Origin: Vicugna vicugna | Lineage: Eukaryota | Direction: 5' to 3' | DNA length: 64,000 nt | Assembly: GCA_013265495.1 (NCBI GenBank) | Contig: MU057724.1 | Span: forward strand, 1,751,102 to 1,815,101 | Part shown: one piece after another, positions 24,484-38,374 of the stretch | How the letters are laid out: each line of letters starts with the position of its first letter | How positions within the stretch are numbered: the first letter of the stretch is position 1 | Program-made: the position numbers and the translations under genes | The notes under the pieces: model-generated | Databases searched by the model: none | The model's input: only the letters and a program-made list of their open reading frames with translations | Told to the model about the DNA's origin: nothing

Positions 24484-27220
24484 TTGCTTTTAATTGAATT
24501 AAATTAAAGTAACGTATCTTGAGCAGTTTCGCTTCCATAGTTAATAGATTCCTTGACCTGAGTCACCTATATATTTGCTGCTGACTGCTGGAAAGTCGCT
24601 GGCTGGAGCAAGAGGGCCAGCCCCAGCCCACTCAGTGCTCCGGTGGCGGTGCCAGTGATCCCAGGAAAGTCAGCTCCGTCACCGGTGCTTCCTGATGTTT
24701 TAGGCACCAGACCTAAAGTGAAGGCTTTCCCACGTGCAGAATAGAATCTGCCCTCACGAAGGGACGTTGGGGCGGATTGGAGACATTCAAGGTTTTCAGA
24801 AATGTCACCTTCGAAGCGCCTTATCCCTGTGAGCTACCTTTCAGTCATTCTCAGGCACTCGAGAGAAGCTGTAAGAGTTAGAACATCTCCATCTCAGAGA
24901 GATGCCTGACTGTCAGGACTTGATCTCAGGGCAACCAGCTAGCACCCGGCTCCCTCCCACCAGCCCGGCCACCACCCTACTTTTTCCTGGACGGGACATC
25001 TGAAAGGAAAACGCGCAAGCTACAAATACAGGTAAACACGGAAAGAAAAAAAAGAACAGTGATTAACACCTGGGCCGAGTTATCCTGCAGGTGCCATTCA
25101 CCCACTAAATGGAGACACAGTCTGTTCTGACTGTTGCACGGCTGGAATATTTAGAGCCTGGGAGCCGGGTCGTCATTGAGTGGGAACTCCCACTTTGGAA
25201 TATGTCGCCACCTGGTGTGCCAAAACAGCATTGCATTGATTTTATTATAAATTTTATTTCCACTGTTTAGTTACTCTTATTAATACTGCCAGTAGAGGCA
25301 AAGAAGTGCCAACGATTTTTAAACCAGACAGTTATAAATGACTGAGGATGTGCAATGATAAAGCATGCATTTAAATAGCCGCTAATTATCTGGTTGAAGC
25401 TGCGTGGTATAAAGAGGTCCAGGAGTAAAGAAAAGATCGAAGGGGCGGTGTGGTGGGAAATGTTTCTGTTTCGGATTCTGGTAGCGGCTCAAATCACAGC
25501 TCTTCAATGATCCCACACAGCAACATGCGGTGCCAGTGGGGTGGTACATTCTGGGAAGATTTGCAAGTGGAAGTATCACTGTTTAGAGAACGGGAAGTAG
25601 TCAGTTCCCTCAGTAAGTGGCGCTCAGACTCTAAGCAAATTTATGTTCATCAGTGACATCAAAAAGTCCTACTCCAGCCAGACAGTTCTGGTAAGCAGTC
25701 AAGGTAACTTTATACGTTAGAAACATAAACCAAAGCAGGCCCGAGGGCGGGCAGCCCCACCTTTGGACAGCTGCAGGTGAGGTAGGGAAAAGGCCCAGGT
25801 CTGGGGTCCCGGAAGCCACGTGCGGGAAACAGACTTGGGAAGAGAGAGGCCAGCGCGGCCAGCTCCTGCGGCCCGTCCAGTAGGTCCAAGGGGACCAGGG
25901 GCCAGCATCCCTTTGGGGTCCCTAGAGGACTTAGGAATGGTGAGCGTGAAAGTCTATCTGTGGAAAATTTGGGAGAGAAACAACCTGGTGCAGTAGAGAA
26001 TCCCCAGTTCTTGAAAGATTAGCCATAGAAGGAAGGCAGTACCAGGGTGGGGGTGGGAGCCGGTCAGGAGAGGGGTCTTAGTTTTTTTATTAGAAAAACA
26101 TAACCACGCTCTTAAGCCGGGGAATTAGGAAGAGACGGTACAGACCCGGTGCCTGTGCGGAAGGGTTACTCCCTGCTAGAAACTCTCCGCAGCTTTAAAT
26201 GTATTCATGCCTGCGTGTGCTCGAACGTCGCATCATTTTCACATAGAAAACATTTTCTTGCATTTTGCTCCCTCACTCACGGGGAGCACCACCCAGCCGG
26301 GAAACTGCTCCCTGTGGGGATGTAAATGCCACAGGGCCCTGGCTCCTGCTCTGTCTTCGCCTGAAAGCCTCTTCTCTTCCTCCTCCCCCTCCCCCTCCCC
26401 CCTCACTCAGTGTCCATTTGGGTGTCCCGACCTCCCCTCGCTGGAACTGGAAGGTGAGGGCAAGTCAGGACAGCCCCACAGACTCACATCCACCAGCAGG
26501 TCATGGGGGCCACACTCCAAACTCTGACAGCCCCGGGTCAGAGGGCTTCAGAGTAAGAAACAAGGCGTGTGTGAGCTGGGCTTCGGCCCCAGTCAGAGTC
26601 CTGTCCCTGAAGGAACCGGTGGCCACGTCTCCCCCCCAGACACCCCTGCATCCCCACTCCTGCCCCCACGCCTGCACTTGCTGCCAGGCCTCCTTGCTGC
26701 AAAGACCTGCTTTCCCAGGACTTGCCCAGCCATTTCTGATTGGACCTCCTTGAACTTCCTGTGGCGTTTGAAATGATCAAAGGCCCCGTCTGGAATTTTC
26801 TAAGCTCTCAGCGGCCACGACCATCACGTTCCCCCCTCCTCCGCCCGCCCTCCTCCTTGGCCCCACTTCTGTCTCCTCTGTGAGCGTCTTTTCCCTCCCG
26901 GGTCCCACAGGATGCGTGCCCTGGAATTCTGGGGCGAGCGCTCCGTCCCGTTTTCCTTACAGCTGCCCTTGACACGCCATCCCCCAGCTGCACCCCCACG
27001 ACCTCACGTCTGAGTCTCTGCATCATCATTTGGGTGGTCTTCCTGACTGCAGGTGGCCCCCTCGCACATCCAGCCTCAGGAGAGCCTGCAGGCTGTTCCT
27101 GCACGACAGTACTTCACGTGTCTGCTCGAACACCTGGGGCTCATTCAGGCAAAACCGGCAGTCAGGCCGTCTTCCCAGGGCCCTCGTCCTGCTCTCTCTC
27201 CCCAGAACGCCTGGTCCTTC

Positions 27221-27860
27221 CGTCAGAGCAGGCGGGCAGCTAGATACGAGCAGAGGAAGGGGACGCAGGCCAAGTGGCAGGAGCTGGGCAGAAAGGAGGG
27301 ACACAGGCCAAATGCAGGAAACCTTGCATCACGTGAGCACCAGGGGTCCCTGGGCAGAGAGAGAAAAGCAGGAACCTCTGGGCTGACGAGAGCTCACACA
27401 CGTTGGGGTGACATGTGGCCTAGAGGCCAACAAAGAAAGGTGGGAAAAGACAGGAATCTCCAGCGTCCGAATGTAAAGTTTTATGCCTTCGTTTCAATGC
27501 AATTATCCTTGCAGATGAGCAGCACCCTCGTGCAGGGACACCACGACACTTCCCACGCAGACGAAACAAGGACAAAACCCCTCCTCCCCTCGGGAAGGTG
27601 GGGCTGGGATGGAAATTAGGGAATAAGACCCCAAACCCTTCCCTCCCCGGTGAATATTCCGCCCACTCGTTTTCACACCCTATGTAACCAACTTGCCAAG
27701 GAAACTCAGGCGGCTACTGCCCTGAGCCTGCCCGCTTTCCCCTTGAGCGAGTGCCGTCCACCCCTTAATAAATCCTCACTTTACTTTCTCAACCTCTGTG
27801 TCTCGTCTCTGGATTCCTTCTGGATGGGGCAAGAACCTAGTCGCAGAGCCACAGGCAACA
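27221..27860 (+). mobile_element. Solo LTR, ERV1-type (~640 bp), antisense to ST18
   Basis: Begins cgtcagagcagg (TG decayed to CG), ends ggcaaCA, flanked by 4-bp TSD cttc (27217-27220, 27861-27864); AATAAA at 27767-27772 followed by a typical U5-like tract. Confidence 0.8.
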
Positions 27861-28340
27861 CTTCTGCTCCGGGTGACCCACCCGCCTTCATGTGCCCCGG
27901 TCTCTCAGCCTTTCAGTCACAGAATCCTTTGAGAAACGTGGTGAATGCCACGAACTCCCTTCCCACGTGACCCTTTGCAGTAAGTCTGTAAGTCTGCAGG
28001 CTCCCTGAAGCCCTGGCTCGGCTTCTCCGGGCCAGTGGATGCCAGACTAAGACCTTCTGATCAGCACATAAACATTTCTAAGTGTTTTCTATGTTTTGTT
28101 TTTCAATACATCAGACTTCTAATCCTCTTAGCTTGAGATCGTGTCCTGTACATTTTCCCCATAATCCTCTTACTTCTGACATAGGTTTAGGTACATATAG
28201 AACGTTTAACTATCGACTGGTTGAAATTGCCCTAAAGCGTTCCTGAAGTCAACTCTGTGGGCCAAGGGTTGTCACTCAAAGCCACGAACGGGAGTCCCTG
28301 GGTCCCAGAGCCGCAGAGCGAGCTGCTCCAGGGCACTTAC

Positions 28341-28456
28341 GTGATTAGTTCCTTTTTGAGCTCCCTTGCGTGGAGCTTGGCTTTAGGGCTTGGTGTGGCG
28401 GCCTCTCCGGGGAACTTCTTTTCCTCCAAAGTTTCTAGAGAGCTCACTGGGTCCTT
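28341..28456 (-). CDS. ST18: ST18 exon, 116 nt: KDPVSSLETLEEKKFPGEAATPSPKAKLHARELKKELI(T)
   Basis: Acceptor cttttccag|AAG, donor TCAC|gtaagt. Confidence 0.96.
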
Positions 28457-31400
28457 CTGGAAAAGTGAAAAACACAAGGTGTTGGGGAACCCTGGAGAGA
28501 CAACTGTATTTGAAGCCATTGGGGTCAAATTTGAGTTTTGACTTAAAGACCCAGCTGAAACTCCTCATAGGATTTGTACACAAAACAAACACGATAATGA
28601 ATATAAGGGTCTATCCAGCCTCTTATGGACAGTGTTTATTCTTGGTGGAGAGTGAGAAATTATAACTCATGGGGACACCTCTAAAAAGTTCACACTTAGG
28701 CAAACAACTACAGAGGTATTTCTCGGGCCATGTAAATAAGGTGATATTTTAATGTGTCTCCAGTTTCCTAGAGAACATAGAACTAGTTCTTCCTGTATAC
28801 AGCAGTCCTTGCTAAAACAAAAGAAATATTGCAAAAATGACTCACACAGATTTTTTTAAACAGAGAAAGAAGAAGTACATTCAGGTTAATAGAGTGTCCT
28901 TTCTGATATACAAATAATTAAGATTTAAATGACTTATTTGAATACTTAGCAACCGAGCCCACAGCGTCTAGGCAGCTTTCTCAGCTTGACCTTTTCCTGG
29001 GTAATTGCTCTCCTTCTCGCGTCACTCACTGTTTCCCTCACACGACCCCTGGCTAAGCTGGTATTCTGCCGTGCTTTTGCTCCCTGGGTCGAGTTTCTTG
29101 GATCATCTCCAATCTTCACGGCCTGCTTTTAAGCTTAGCACTGCTCCTGGTCTCGTAAGGAAGGCTCGTCGATCCTTTCCAACCACTTGTTTACCATCTG
29201 ATATGTTACCTTACAGAAAACTAATGACGGCTTTACTCAGTCGTGTAATTGGCTGACTTTTTTCATCATTATGCTTATACCCAGCAAATATAATACTTCC
29301 TGGATTTAGTATTAAAAATCAGATTAACTAATATAAAAAAGTCTCCAGAATCTCTAAAGTACTGATCTATTTAAGGTGAGAAAACAGTTTTGAGTTATTC
29401 AATGTACATCTCCTTTAAATCAGGTGGATAGAAGATTGCAAAGGCAAATACAATTTTACATCATGCTGAATCTACAACTACAGTCACGCTCAATGGAAAA
29501 GCAACACCCCTGGACTTTCCCAACCAGAGAACTCTGAACCTCGATCTCCGCCACAGAGGCAGATGCAGTTTCCTTCACTGGTTGCTTGGGCAACAGTTCA
29601 GTCACTTATTTCACACAAGATCGCACAGTGGTAAATATTTTGGTAAAAGTACCCCAAGTAACATTGTCTTCAGCCCAAGAGAGTAAAACCTGGTTTGGTG
29701 CAATGCCTTCCTTCATGTTACTTTCAATATTGAGTGTTCTGTTTTATGTTATCAACAAATGTTTGAAAATAGTGGTAGACCGTAAATGAGTGCTTGATGA
29801 CTGCTGCCCACGAGGGTACAGAGAGAGGGGCTGTTTTAACGCTGCCTCCGTGGAGTCTACAGGAAATCAGCAAACGAGGTTATTCCCTTCCAAGTTGTAC
29901 CGCGAAAATGCCTCGTGTCCTTGAACCTGACACACCACCGTCCACTCCATTTGGAGCTCCCTGGGTTTGGCCTGGGTAGTGTTTTCTGCTATAATTTATA
30001 AATGTTTTGGCCAATGTGTTCTCAACTTGGAACAGCCTTTGTTTTTCTGTTTAGTGGCTGAATTTTTCACAAAAATGACATAAAGTAAAAGAGAGGTATT
30101 TTATTATTTTCTTTGTGATAAATGTAAGAACAAAGTGTCCCTAAGAAGGCATGTGCCTTTACAGATAAACATATAAAGATCATCAGCTGTTGTTTGACTG
30201 AATCTGCACATATTGGAAGACACGGGAATAAGGGATTTTTAAAGAAATGATCAATTATGAAAGTTTAAGTTGTTTGACTAAAATGCATTCAAAATTAACG
30301 CTTGCAGAATATGTGGTATTTAACTCAGCGTGGTAAGACGTGGTGATGTTTAACTAGAAGGATGTTACTGGGTACCACCTTTTAAATGTTTTGTAACTTC
30401 TTTTAAAACTGATGGACTCTTGTATATGCAATTGCATTATGAAATAATTGCCTCTTTCCTTTTTGGGGGGGGCTGGTATATTAACTCTGGGAACTTGCAG
30501 AGATTAAAATAGGTGACTATTATTAAAAGAAAGCTTAATTTTGTTACAAAAGCATTTTATATTGGATAAACTCCTGAATAGCACACCGCGAAAAAACACG
30601 TCAACCTCATTTGTCGGAATTTTTTCAAAACTGAAAGTATCATTTTGGAAATAATAATTTTATTCTACATAAGAGAAAATGTGGCACCTATGTGTGTGTT
30701 TAGAGAATGAAGATCCTCTAACGTACAGACGGAAGTCTGTATGGACTTCAGCGAGGACCAGGACGTAATGGTAACAAGAGTAACAGACAGCAGCATCGGG
30801 CGCCTCCAGCATCTCAGCCGGGGATCTTCGCAGAGCTGACACCCGAACGAAGCCGACAGGCCCAGTCGTTTCTCAGCACTTTCCTTTACAGAATTTTGAG
30901 TTTTTTCCAGATTCAGGACTATTTTTTAGGGGGCATCTGGACAGGCTATTTCACTGAGAGAGACAGACAATATTTTCTGAAAATTACCACCCAAATTAAG
31001 CAACTGTTGTGCATATGAAATAGATAACGATGAATTAGAAATACTTGCCCAGTTTCTGGTTGTGGGTACAGGCGTGTGTCCTGTGGGGTGGGGGGTGAGG
31101 GGGCGGGAAGGATGGGTTGGCGGGGACTAGGAGCCGACCACGCTCACAGCGCTGCCCCGGCCACGCACAGTGTCTCCTCAGAGCCCGCCGGGAATGACAA
31201 CAAGGGCCCTCCTGGTCCCCAGCCTGTGGTCACATCCTGTAACCGCGCTCTGGGGACTCTGGTCCTGCTGTCCTAGGCAGCACGGAGCCCACGGTGGCCT
31301 CACACACACAGACGGCCGTGCCCCATTTCTCCATCACTCTCTTCCATCCCTCCTTCCTGCTTCTCCTCGACACCCCCAACTGTCCCCGTGCTTCGCGTGC

Positions 31401-34400
31401 TGCTCTCCCCCGGCGCTGCATCTTCCCACCGCCTAGCTTCCGTGTGGCCCAGAACAGCCACTGCGCCTTGAGCCCCCTCAGATCTTTGATAACAGCCTTG
31501 CTCTTCCGAACTGTTAGGTGAGGAGTCCCCGCAGAAAGGGATCCGTAAGCTTTACTCCCCACTGGGCGGGCAGCCCCCAGCTGCCTTCCCAGCGAGAACA
31601 CTGGATACAATCTGCTTTTTCAAAAGATCCACTATCAGGCATCACAGTTCTCATTTCAAGACTCAGAGCAGAATGTGAAAATACTCTCTGCGGGGAAGTC
31701 ACCCAGCACGGATGCGGGAACAGAGGACGCGGGTGAGAAGCCGTCGGGGGCTGAGAGACTCGGCGGCAGCGCGGTGCGTCCCGGTCAGCACGGCCTCCCC
31801 AGCAGTGACCCACCCGAGTCCAGACCGTGACAACAGGCACTCAGCTCGGAAGTGTTCTGTTGGCTCAGACCCAGGGCAGCAGCTGTGCCCCAGGAGCTCG
31901 CTCGGCGTCTCCGAAGTCCTCTCTGTTACGCCCAGCGACACTGAATCTCCGCGTCACGTCTCAGTTCCAGCTGCCAGGAGACTTCGGGTGCAGACGGTCA
32001 CGGGGAGAGCCTGCCCTGTCAGCCGGCAGTGAGTGAGTTGCTTGGGAAAGAGCAGAACTCTGATCTAGACAAACCTGTCCTTCCCTTGGATTTGCTGGGA
32101 GAGCAGACACTGTCCCAGGGACGGGAGCTTCAGATGCAGACGTACTCCAGTGGGATCCCTAAAGCTGCCACGGTGCATCCAGACTCTTTGGAATTATGCC
32201 AAACAGGAGATTGGGAACAAGCAGAGTGCCTGCTGCGGGACCTCGTTTTCCGGCCGTCTGAGCGATCAGGAGGGCAGCCGAGGAGCTCCCTGGCGTACTT
32301 ACGAGACCCCCAACAGCAGGAGCCTCCGGGAATGTGAGGGACACCCCACTGACGCTGCTGCCCAAAGTGACAGCCCGCGTCAAAGGACACAAGAGGTCCC
32401 GCAGGGGAAGGAGGACCCGCTGTGCTTGGCTACTTGTTCAGGACTGGCCCGGACGCCTACTGTACGAGCAGGAGGGAGGTTTCTGGTGAATGTGGACCTT
32501 GGTCTGTGTACAGCAAGGCCACAAGGGCGAGGACAGAAAGCCTCAGCCCCTGCACATGGCGCCGAGACCCCACCCAACGGCAGTGTCTGGCCCCACCCAC
32601 CAGTAGGATGCACCCAAGAACAGGGACACGGTCGCTGCAAGGCGCCGTCCTCTGTGCGGCATGACTGTAACTGAACCCCCACCTCCACGTCTCGTAACTG
32701 GGATTAGGTCCCCCCGTGGGGAGTGGGAGAGGCTGCGATCTGGTCAGCAACGGAGGGTCTGGTGGACCAGGGGTGTCCCCCGTCTCGAGAGCTGACTTGC
32801 ATGGGGTGGACGGGACCAACCGTCTGGGTCTCACCCTGGCTGTGTCCCCCGACAGCCCCTCCGCCTCCTTCGCTCCACCTAGACCAGCGAGCGGAGTGGG
32901 ATTTCTGGGTCCTGCAGTGACAGAAGTTCCGGGTAAACTCCATGGCTTTGCACAAACCAGAAACGGTAGGGGAGGTGGCAGAGGGAAGGGACCCACATCC
33001 TCCCGCTCATAGTCACCACCTAAGGTGAAGTGGCTTCTTACACTTTGCAGGAGTCAGTTTTAAATTTTCTAGAGTCAGCATATATGACTTTGAGAAACAG
33101 TTCTCCTAAAACAGTGTTAAGACTACTAAGGCCATCCCCAAGCACTTTGGGTGAATTAAAAAAGCCAAGCAGGATGAAAACGACCGAGACCAGCATGGCA
33201 GAATCCAACCAGAAACTGCCGTGGGGGAGTCCCCGGCCCTTCCCCGTGAGGGCGTGGCTGGTGGTGACGCGGTGCCTGCCTGGGGTCCTGGGGCTCCTCC
33301 AGGGGCTCGTCCCCAAGCAGCCCTGCCTGTCTCCTCTGTGCTCCTGCTGGGCTCCTGTCTGTCGCGTGGTTACACGTCAGTCGTCCTAGCAGACTGCGCA
33401 CGCGTGTCCCGGGTGGCGCAGCACCTCCAGACCGACTGACGGCCTGGAGGCGGCGATGCCAGGGAGGGTGCGGGGCAGGAGGGAGCCAGGGAGGGAGGGG
33501 AGGAGGGAGGGAAGGAAGGGGAATCAGAAGCAGCCCAGGCTTGTGGTCACTGCTGCTTACATCGACTCCTGCCCTGAGATGTGAAAGTGTTTGCTGAAAC
33601 CCAGTCAGTCTCCCCTCAAAGTCTCTGAACTTCCCAAAGCTGAAAAGGGCGACAACGCACACTTCCAAACGTCCATTTCAGCTCTTAAACGTGCCAATGG
33701 CACGTACCAACCACTCTCCTGACAAACAGCAAAACAGCAATCCTGTAATACTTGGGGTTATGTCTGCAAAACAGAGTCTAAACAGTGAAAGGTCTGGCCA
33801 TGAATTCTTTGGCGTGATGTTAAGTTCCGCCGATCAGTCCCAGCCAGGGGGCTCAAACTAGGAGGTGGAGGCTGACAGATTTCTGCACGGCCACCAAGCC
33901 TGGCTTTCAGCGGGGTGAAACCACCTCCAAAGAAAACCCAGTCGGCAAATGCGCCTCTCTGGCCCTGGGGTTGACGCCACCGAGACGCCCGACGCCCACA
34001 TCCCGTCCCCAGACCGCAGCTCTGCACGGGGGTGGGGGGTGGGGGTTGCCAAACACGTCCCTCCAAGAAACCAAGGGAGGGACTCTGATGAGATTCTGCC
34101 TTGTCCCTGGTTTGTCTTGTCTTCTGGCCCCTGGTGCAGAGAGAACAAGCAGGCTGGTGTCTCGGTGCTGAGTGACACCCAGGCTGCGGCGTCTGGGGGG
34201 GACGGGGACGCCACTCTCACGCAGGGCACACAGCTGCAGCCACGATGGGGATAAAACGCACTAGAGTGACACGGGGTTTTGGGCAAGTGATGGGGGAGCT
34301 GGAGTCAGTTATGAATTTCTCCTGAAATTTAAAATTGTCACCTTACCACATCTGGAAACAAGGCCCAGAACCATGTGTTCTCTAAACGGAATGTGAGGAA

Positions 34401-34478
34401 CCGCGCAGGAGGGAAAGCTGACCTCCTCGACCCCCACGCGCAGTCCTAGACTCGGGGACAGACGTGTTGCCACAATAC

Positions 34479-34724
34479 CTCTTTCTCCTCCTCTGTCTTC
34501 CCATGCGCCTTGCTGTAGTTGACAGGCATGTCCCAGCCCTCCTGGTCGCAGAGGGCCTGGTAGAAGGCGGCATTGACCAAAATGCTGCTTGTTTTGAACG
34601 GGGAGGAGGAAGGGGTTGGAACAGAAGTGTTGGTGGCAGTTAGGGGCACAGCCTTGTCCAGGATTCGGCTTTTTTTCATGCTCAAGTCCAATGTGCCATT
34701 TTCGTCCACTTCTATCTCGGCTCC
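34479..34724 (-). CDS. ST18: ST18 exon, 246 nt: GAEIEVDENGTLDLSMKK...EGWDMPVNYSKAHGKTEEEKE
   Basis: Acceptor gcgtaccag|GGA, donor AGAG|gtattg. DENGTLDLSM MYT1-family motif. Confidence 0.97.
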
Positions 34725-35012
34725 CTGGTACGCAACAGGAAACAGAAAAACATTTGAGCAGTTTGCAGTGGTAGCCCGGCCATGTGGGGCTTTTAAGGGA
34801 TAATTTTAGACGCAAGCTTTTATGTAAGTATATCTGATTTTAAATCTAGCTTTCTGATTTGCTTTGGTTAATGTTCAGTTCTTAGGCAGACTTTTAAGAG
34901 CAGCCCCGTTAGTGAGCTTCGTGTTTCTGGGTTTAAACGAAGGTAAGCCTAATGTAAATAAGATGGTCCAAATACTGAATGTACTGGTTAAACCTGTTTT
35001 ATCTCTTTTGAT

Positions 35013-35030
35013 TGTGTGTGTGTGTGTGTG
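35013..35030. repeat. (TG)9 microsatellite
   Basis: Direct reading. Confidence 0.85.
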
Positions 35031-38000
35031 TTTTTCAAGTTTAGCTTTCAGTCTTTCTAGTTTGCAGAATTGTCGCTCTCAATCTGTCCTTTAAAGCTTC
35101 AACACGAGTTTACAAAGTGGCACAATGCTCCTCCCCCTCCATCACAATGTGATTCTAACATGAAAAACACACAAAAATAACCAGCTGGAAGAGAGTCTTT
35201 ATTGGAAAGGTAGGTTCCTGCGAAAGGGACATTTGACCCTGCCTGGGTGACTTGAACCAGAAAAGCCTGACTTGCGGGGGGTGGGTTGAGGGAAGCAGAC
35301 AGTGCAAACCGTGGCTCCCCCCGGGGCCGTAAGGGAGCAGCTGCCAGTGTGACTGTGGGGGGTGGGGGTTCTACAGCGAAAACTTCTGAATAAAGGTGAT
35401 TATTTTCCAGCTACTTCGTATGAGACTCTAATTCCACCTCAACACAGTTCTCCTCGGGAGAGAGACCTCTGGCTAAGCTTCATTTGGTTTTTAAGGTCCA
35501 AGTGCCAACAAAGTCCCCATGTGCCCTGGACCTTCCACAGGTCACGTGCTGGAGGATGGCTTCCGCTGTCCTGAGTCAGGGATGCTGCCAGGCAGTAACT
35601 CCCGGGACGCGGGGAGAACCAGCTTGTCACTCTCCTAAGTGGGTCAAATGAATACCTTTCCGGAATTTTCACCATCATCCATCAATTCACCATTAACTTC
35701 TGGACGACGTCTCTGCTCTTTTTCCCTTTTGGCCGCAAAGCAAGAGTCTCCTCTGAAGGTTAGCGAGACCCCCTAACCATTACTGCCCAGGGGTTCAGTT
35801 TAACACCCGTCTACACCCTGCCCCCATCCTGTCTTTAACAGTTCCCACCGAGAGTGACCCAGGTCGCTGGTGCCTGAATGTAAGAACGACAAAAACCCGT
35901 CCCTCCTGTCTGCTTGTTTTGCCTGCGAAGTCCCCGTTCTCAGTCTCCCGGCCCACGAGGCAGGCAAGCTTTATTTTATTTGTGGGAGGCAAATACACTT
36001 CTAATACATTTGTGCTAAGGTGCTTTGGCCATGTCTTTCTGTCCTTTCTAGTAAGTAGTTTAATCTCCCGTGATAGTTTTAAGCCCTGAATTTCACAGTA
36101 CAGCTGATCCGGGATAATAACTCAGTAACCACAGCATCTTAGGCCATCTGTATAATATCAAATACATTTTTATACCAGCTTTAACAAACCTGAGTTACAA
36201 AAATCCAAGACATTAACCCTGTCGGTGCTGCGCGCTCCCCAGGATATGACAATGAAGTCAGCCACAAGCACATCAAAACAACTTTTGGCTTCAGAGCTGG
36301 TGTGTAACTATCGCCATGAAACAGACCAGCGCAATCAAGTTTAATGGCCAATGTATAGTAAAATGCTAAATATTGTAGTTGCTGACATTTTTCATAAAAA
36401 AATAAAAAACTTGGGTTAAGACTGCACAACCAACATTCACATAAAATTCCAGACCTCTGTGACAGATGGCTTAGGAAAAAGCAACCACGTGACTGGGATG
36501 CAGCGTTTTATAGTGCAAAACCCATAAATAGTGCAGATTCGAGCTCACTGAAAAAAAAAAAAACAACCCCACTATTCCAAGACAACACGAATGCATATTT
36601 TAGTTTTTACAGGAAAAAGATCTTCCGATGACTCAATTAAAAAATTAGGGATTCTCAGAGCTGTGATGGTTGCACATCTTGAGCAATCACAGGCTAATTG
36701 GGGGAAAAATCACTCCTAATGTTTAAAGAGGAGCTTTCCTGTGCCCCACGCCCCAGCCGACCGGCTGCTCTGAGCACCTGACTGGGCTGGGGGGGCCAGG
36801 CGGCCGGGCGGGCACAGATGGGCTTTCAGTGAGCTCGCAGATGCAATCGGCAATTACGCGCGGCACCAGAGAAGGGCCCCTCTCTGCCCGTCAAGGGTGG
36901 ATCGCACGTTTACTGCATGGATTTTACTCAGCGCAGTATCAACAGACACCCTTCCTCTCTGTGCCTGGAACTCCAAATGGCAGGACAATCAGGATGCGGC
37001 GGGGGTGGGAGGGGCTGCAGGGGTCGGGGCCCGCCACCCTGACCCCTAATAAGCTCGTTTCTCAAAGCGCTGCTTCAGGCCCTTACGTCCATCAGTCACA
37101 TGCTCGGGGCTTTGAGGCTGGGCTCGGGTTCAGCACTGTTCACGCACTTTCCAGCCTGGAAGCGACATCAGCAACCACCAGTTGAGTCACTGACGCTGCC
37201 TGTGGTGCGTTTATCTGTGAGTCATCAAGAAAGCATGGAATACTTTCAAGCCACTATGTTTTGGGGAAAAGAAAATCGAAAACTATCATGTTCCTGCCTT
37301 CAAGGAGCTTGTTTTATGCCTGTCAGAGATTTTTAGTGAAACAGACTGAATTTTCATTATTATTATTATGTAAATTATGACTATAAATGACACCACTATA
37401 GATGATGTAATTATAAATTATTACTATCTGTCCTGTAAGAGAAGAAGCAACTCAGATGTCTGCCAACAGAGAAAGGATTAATGAAATCACACTGCATCTA
37501 TGTAAAGGCACATTATGTGACCAGTAAAAGGATAAAAAGGATGATTAAGAGGACTTTGCTGCCACAGGGAAAAGCCTTTTACCACTAGAAGCAGGAGACG
37601 GCCCGGCATCCTAGCTACGCTTATGGGTAGAAATTTGCTTTCCGAAGAGAAGCAAAAGGGAAAACAGAAATTCTTGCATTTGTATTCGGAGGACAGGCCA
37701 TCGGCTGTTTTCCGCCCATATTTTCCCATCAAATGATAACATTATCTTGTTACAACAATTGAAATTATCCTACATTCAAAGATGGTGATCAAGTAAAAAA
37801 AAGCAGCAAAATTATAATTTTACTGTAAATAGTCTGATTATGAAAAGTATTAACTCTCAAGACATTGACGGAACATTAGTAGCCTTGTTTTCCTCATTTG
37901 ATAAGTTTTCTGTTACTACGGCCGCCCCCACCTCGCCTTGCGACCCAGCTGAGACGGGTGCAGGAGCACAGCCCCTCAGCCCGGCGTCTGCTGGGGCCAG

Positions 38001-38374
38001 CCCCCGGCTCCTGTCTCTCCGCTCCTACTTCAGGGGGTTTTGTTGGGGGTGGGGGGGTGTCTCTTTGGTATCGGAAGCCCTCTGAAATATGTTTTCCAGG
38101 AGGCAGGGTATTAAATAATGAGCAAATGAACTGAAAACATCTTATTCTTACTAATTGAATATGAAAACCATTAACAGTATAAACTCGTGAGACGTACTCA
38201 ATACAAAGCCAATGATGGAACTCAGAGGAGGAAGTGACGGATAAAAGGTGTATTAAATTGACAACCATTTCCCCAAAACTTCTGCCTGGGGCTTGGAATC
38301 ATAGTCAGTGACAACGCTTAGGGGAGCTTGCAGTCTGTCTACCATGCAGGGATAAAATCTTCAAGATGAGAAGT

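Noticed and set aside
33460..33521. GGGA-rich polypurine tract (G-quadruplex/triplex potential)
   Set aside because: Common low-complexity sequence with no further support.
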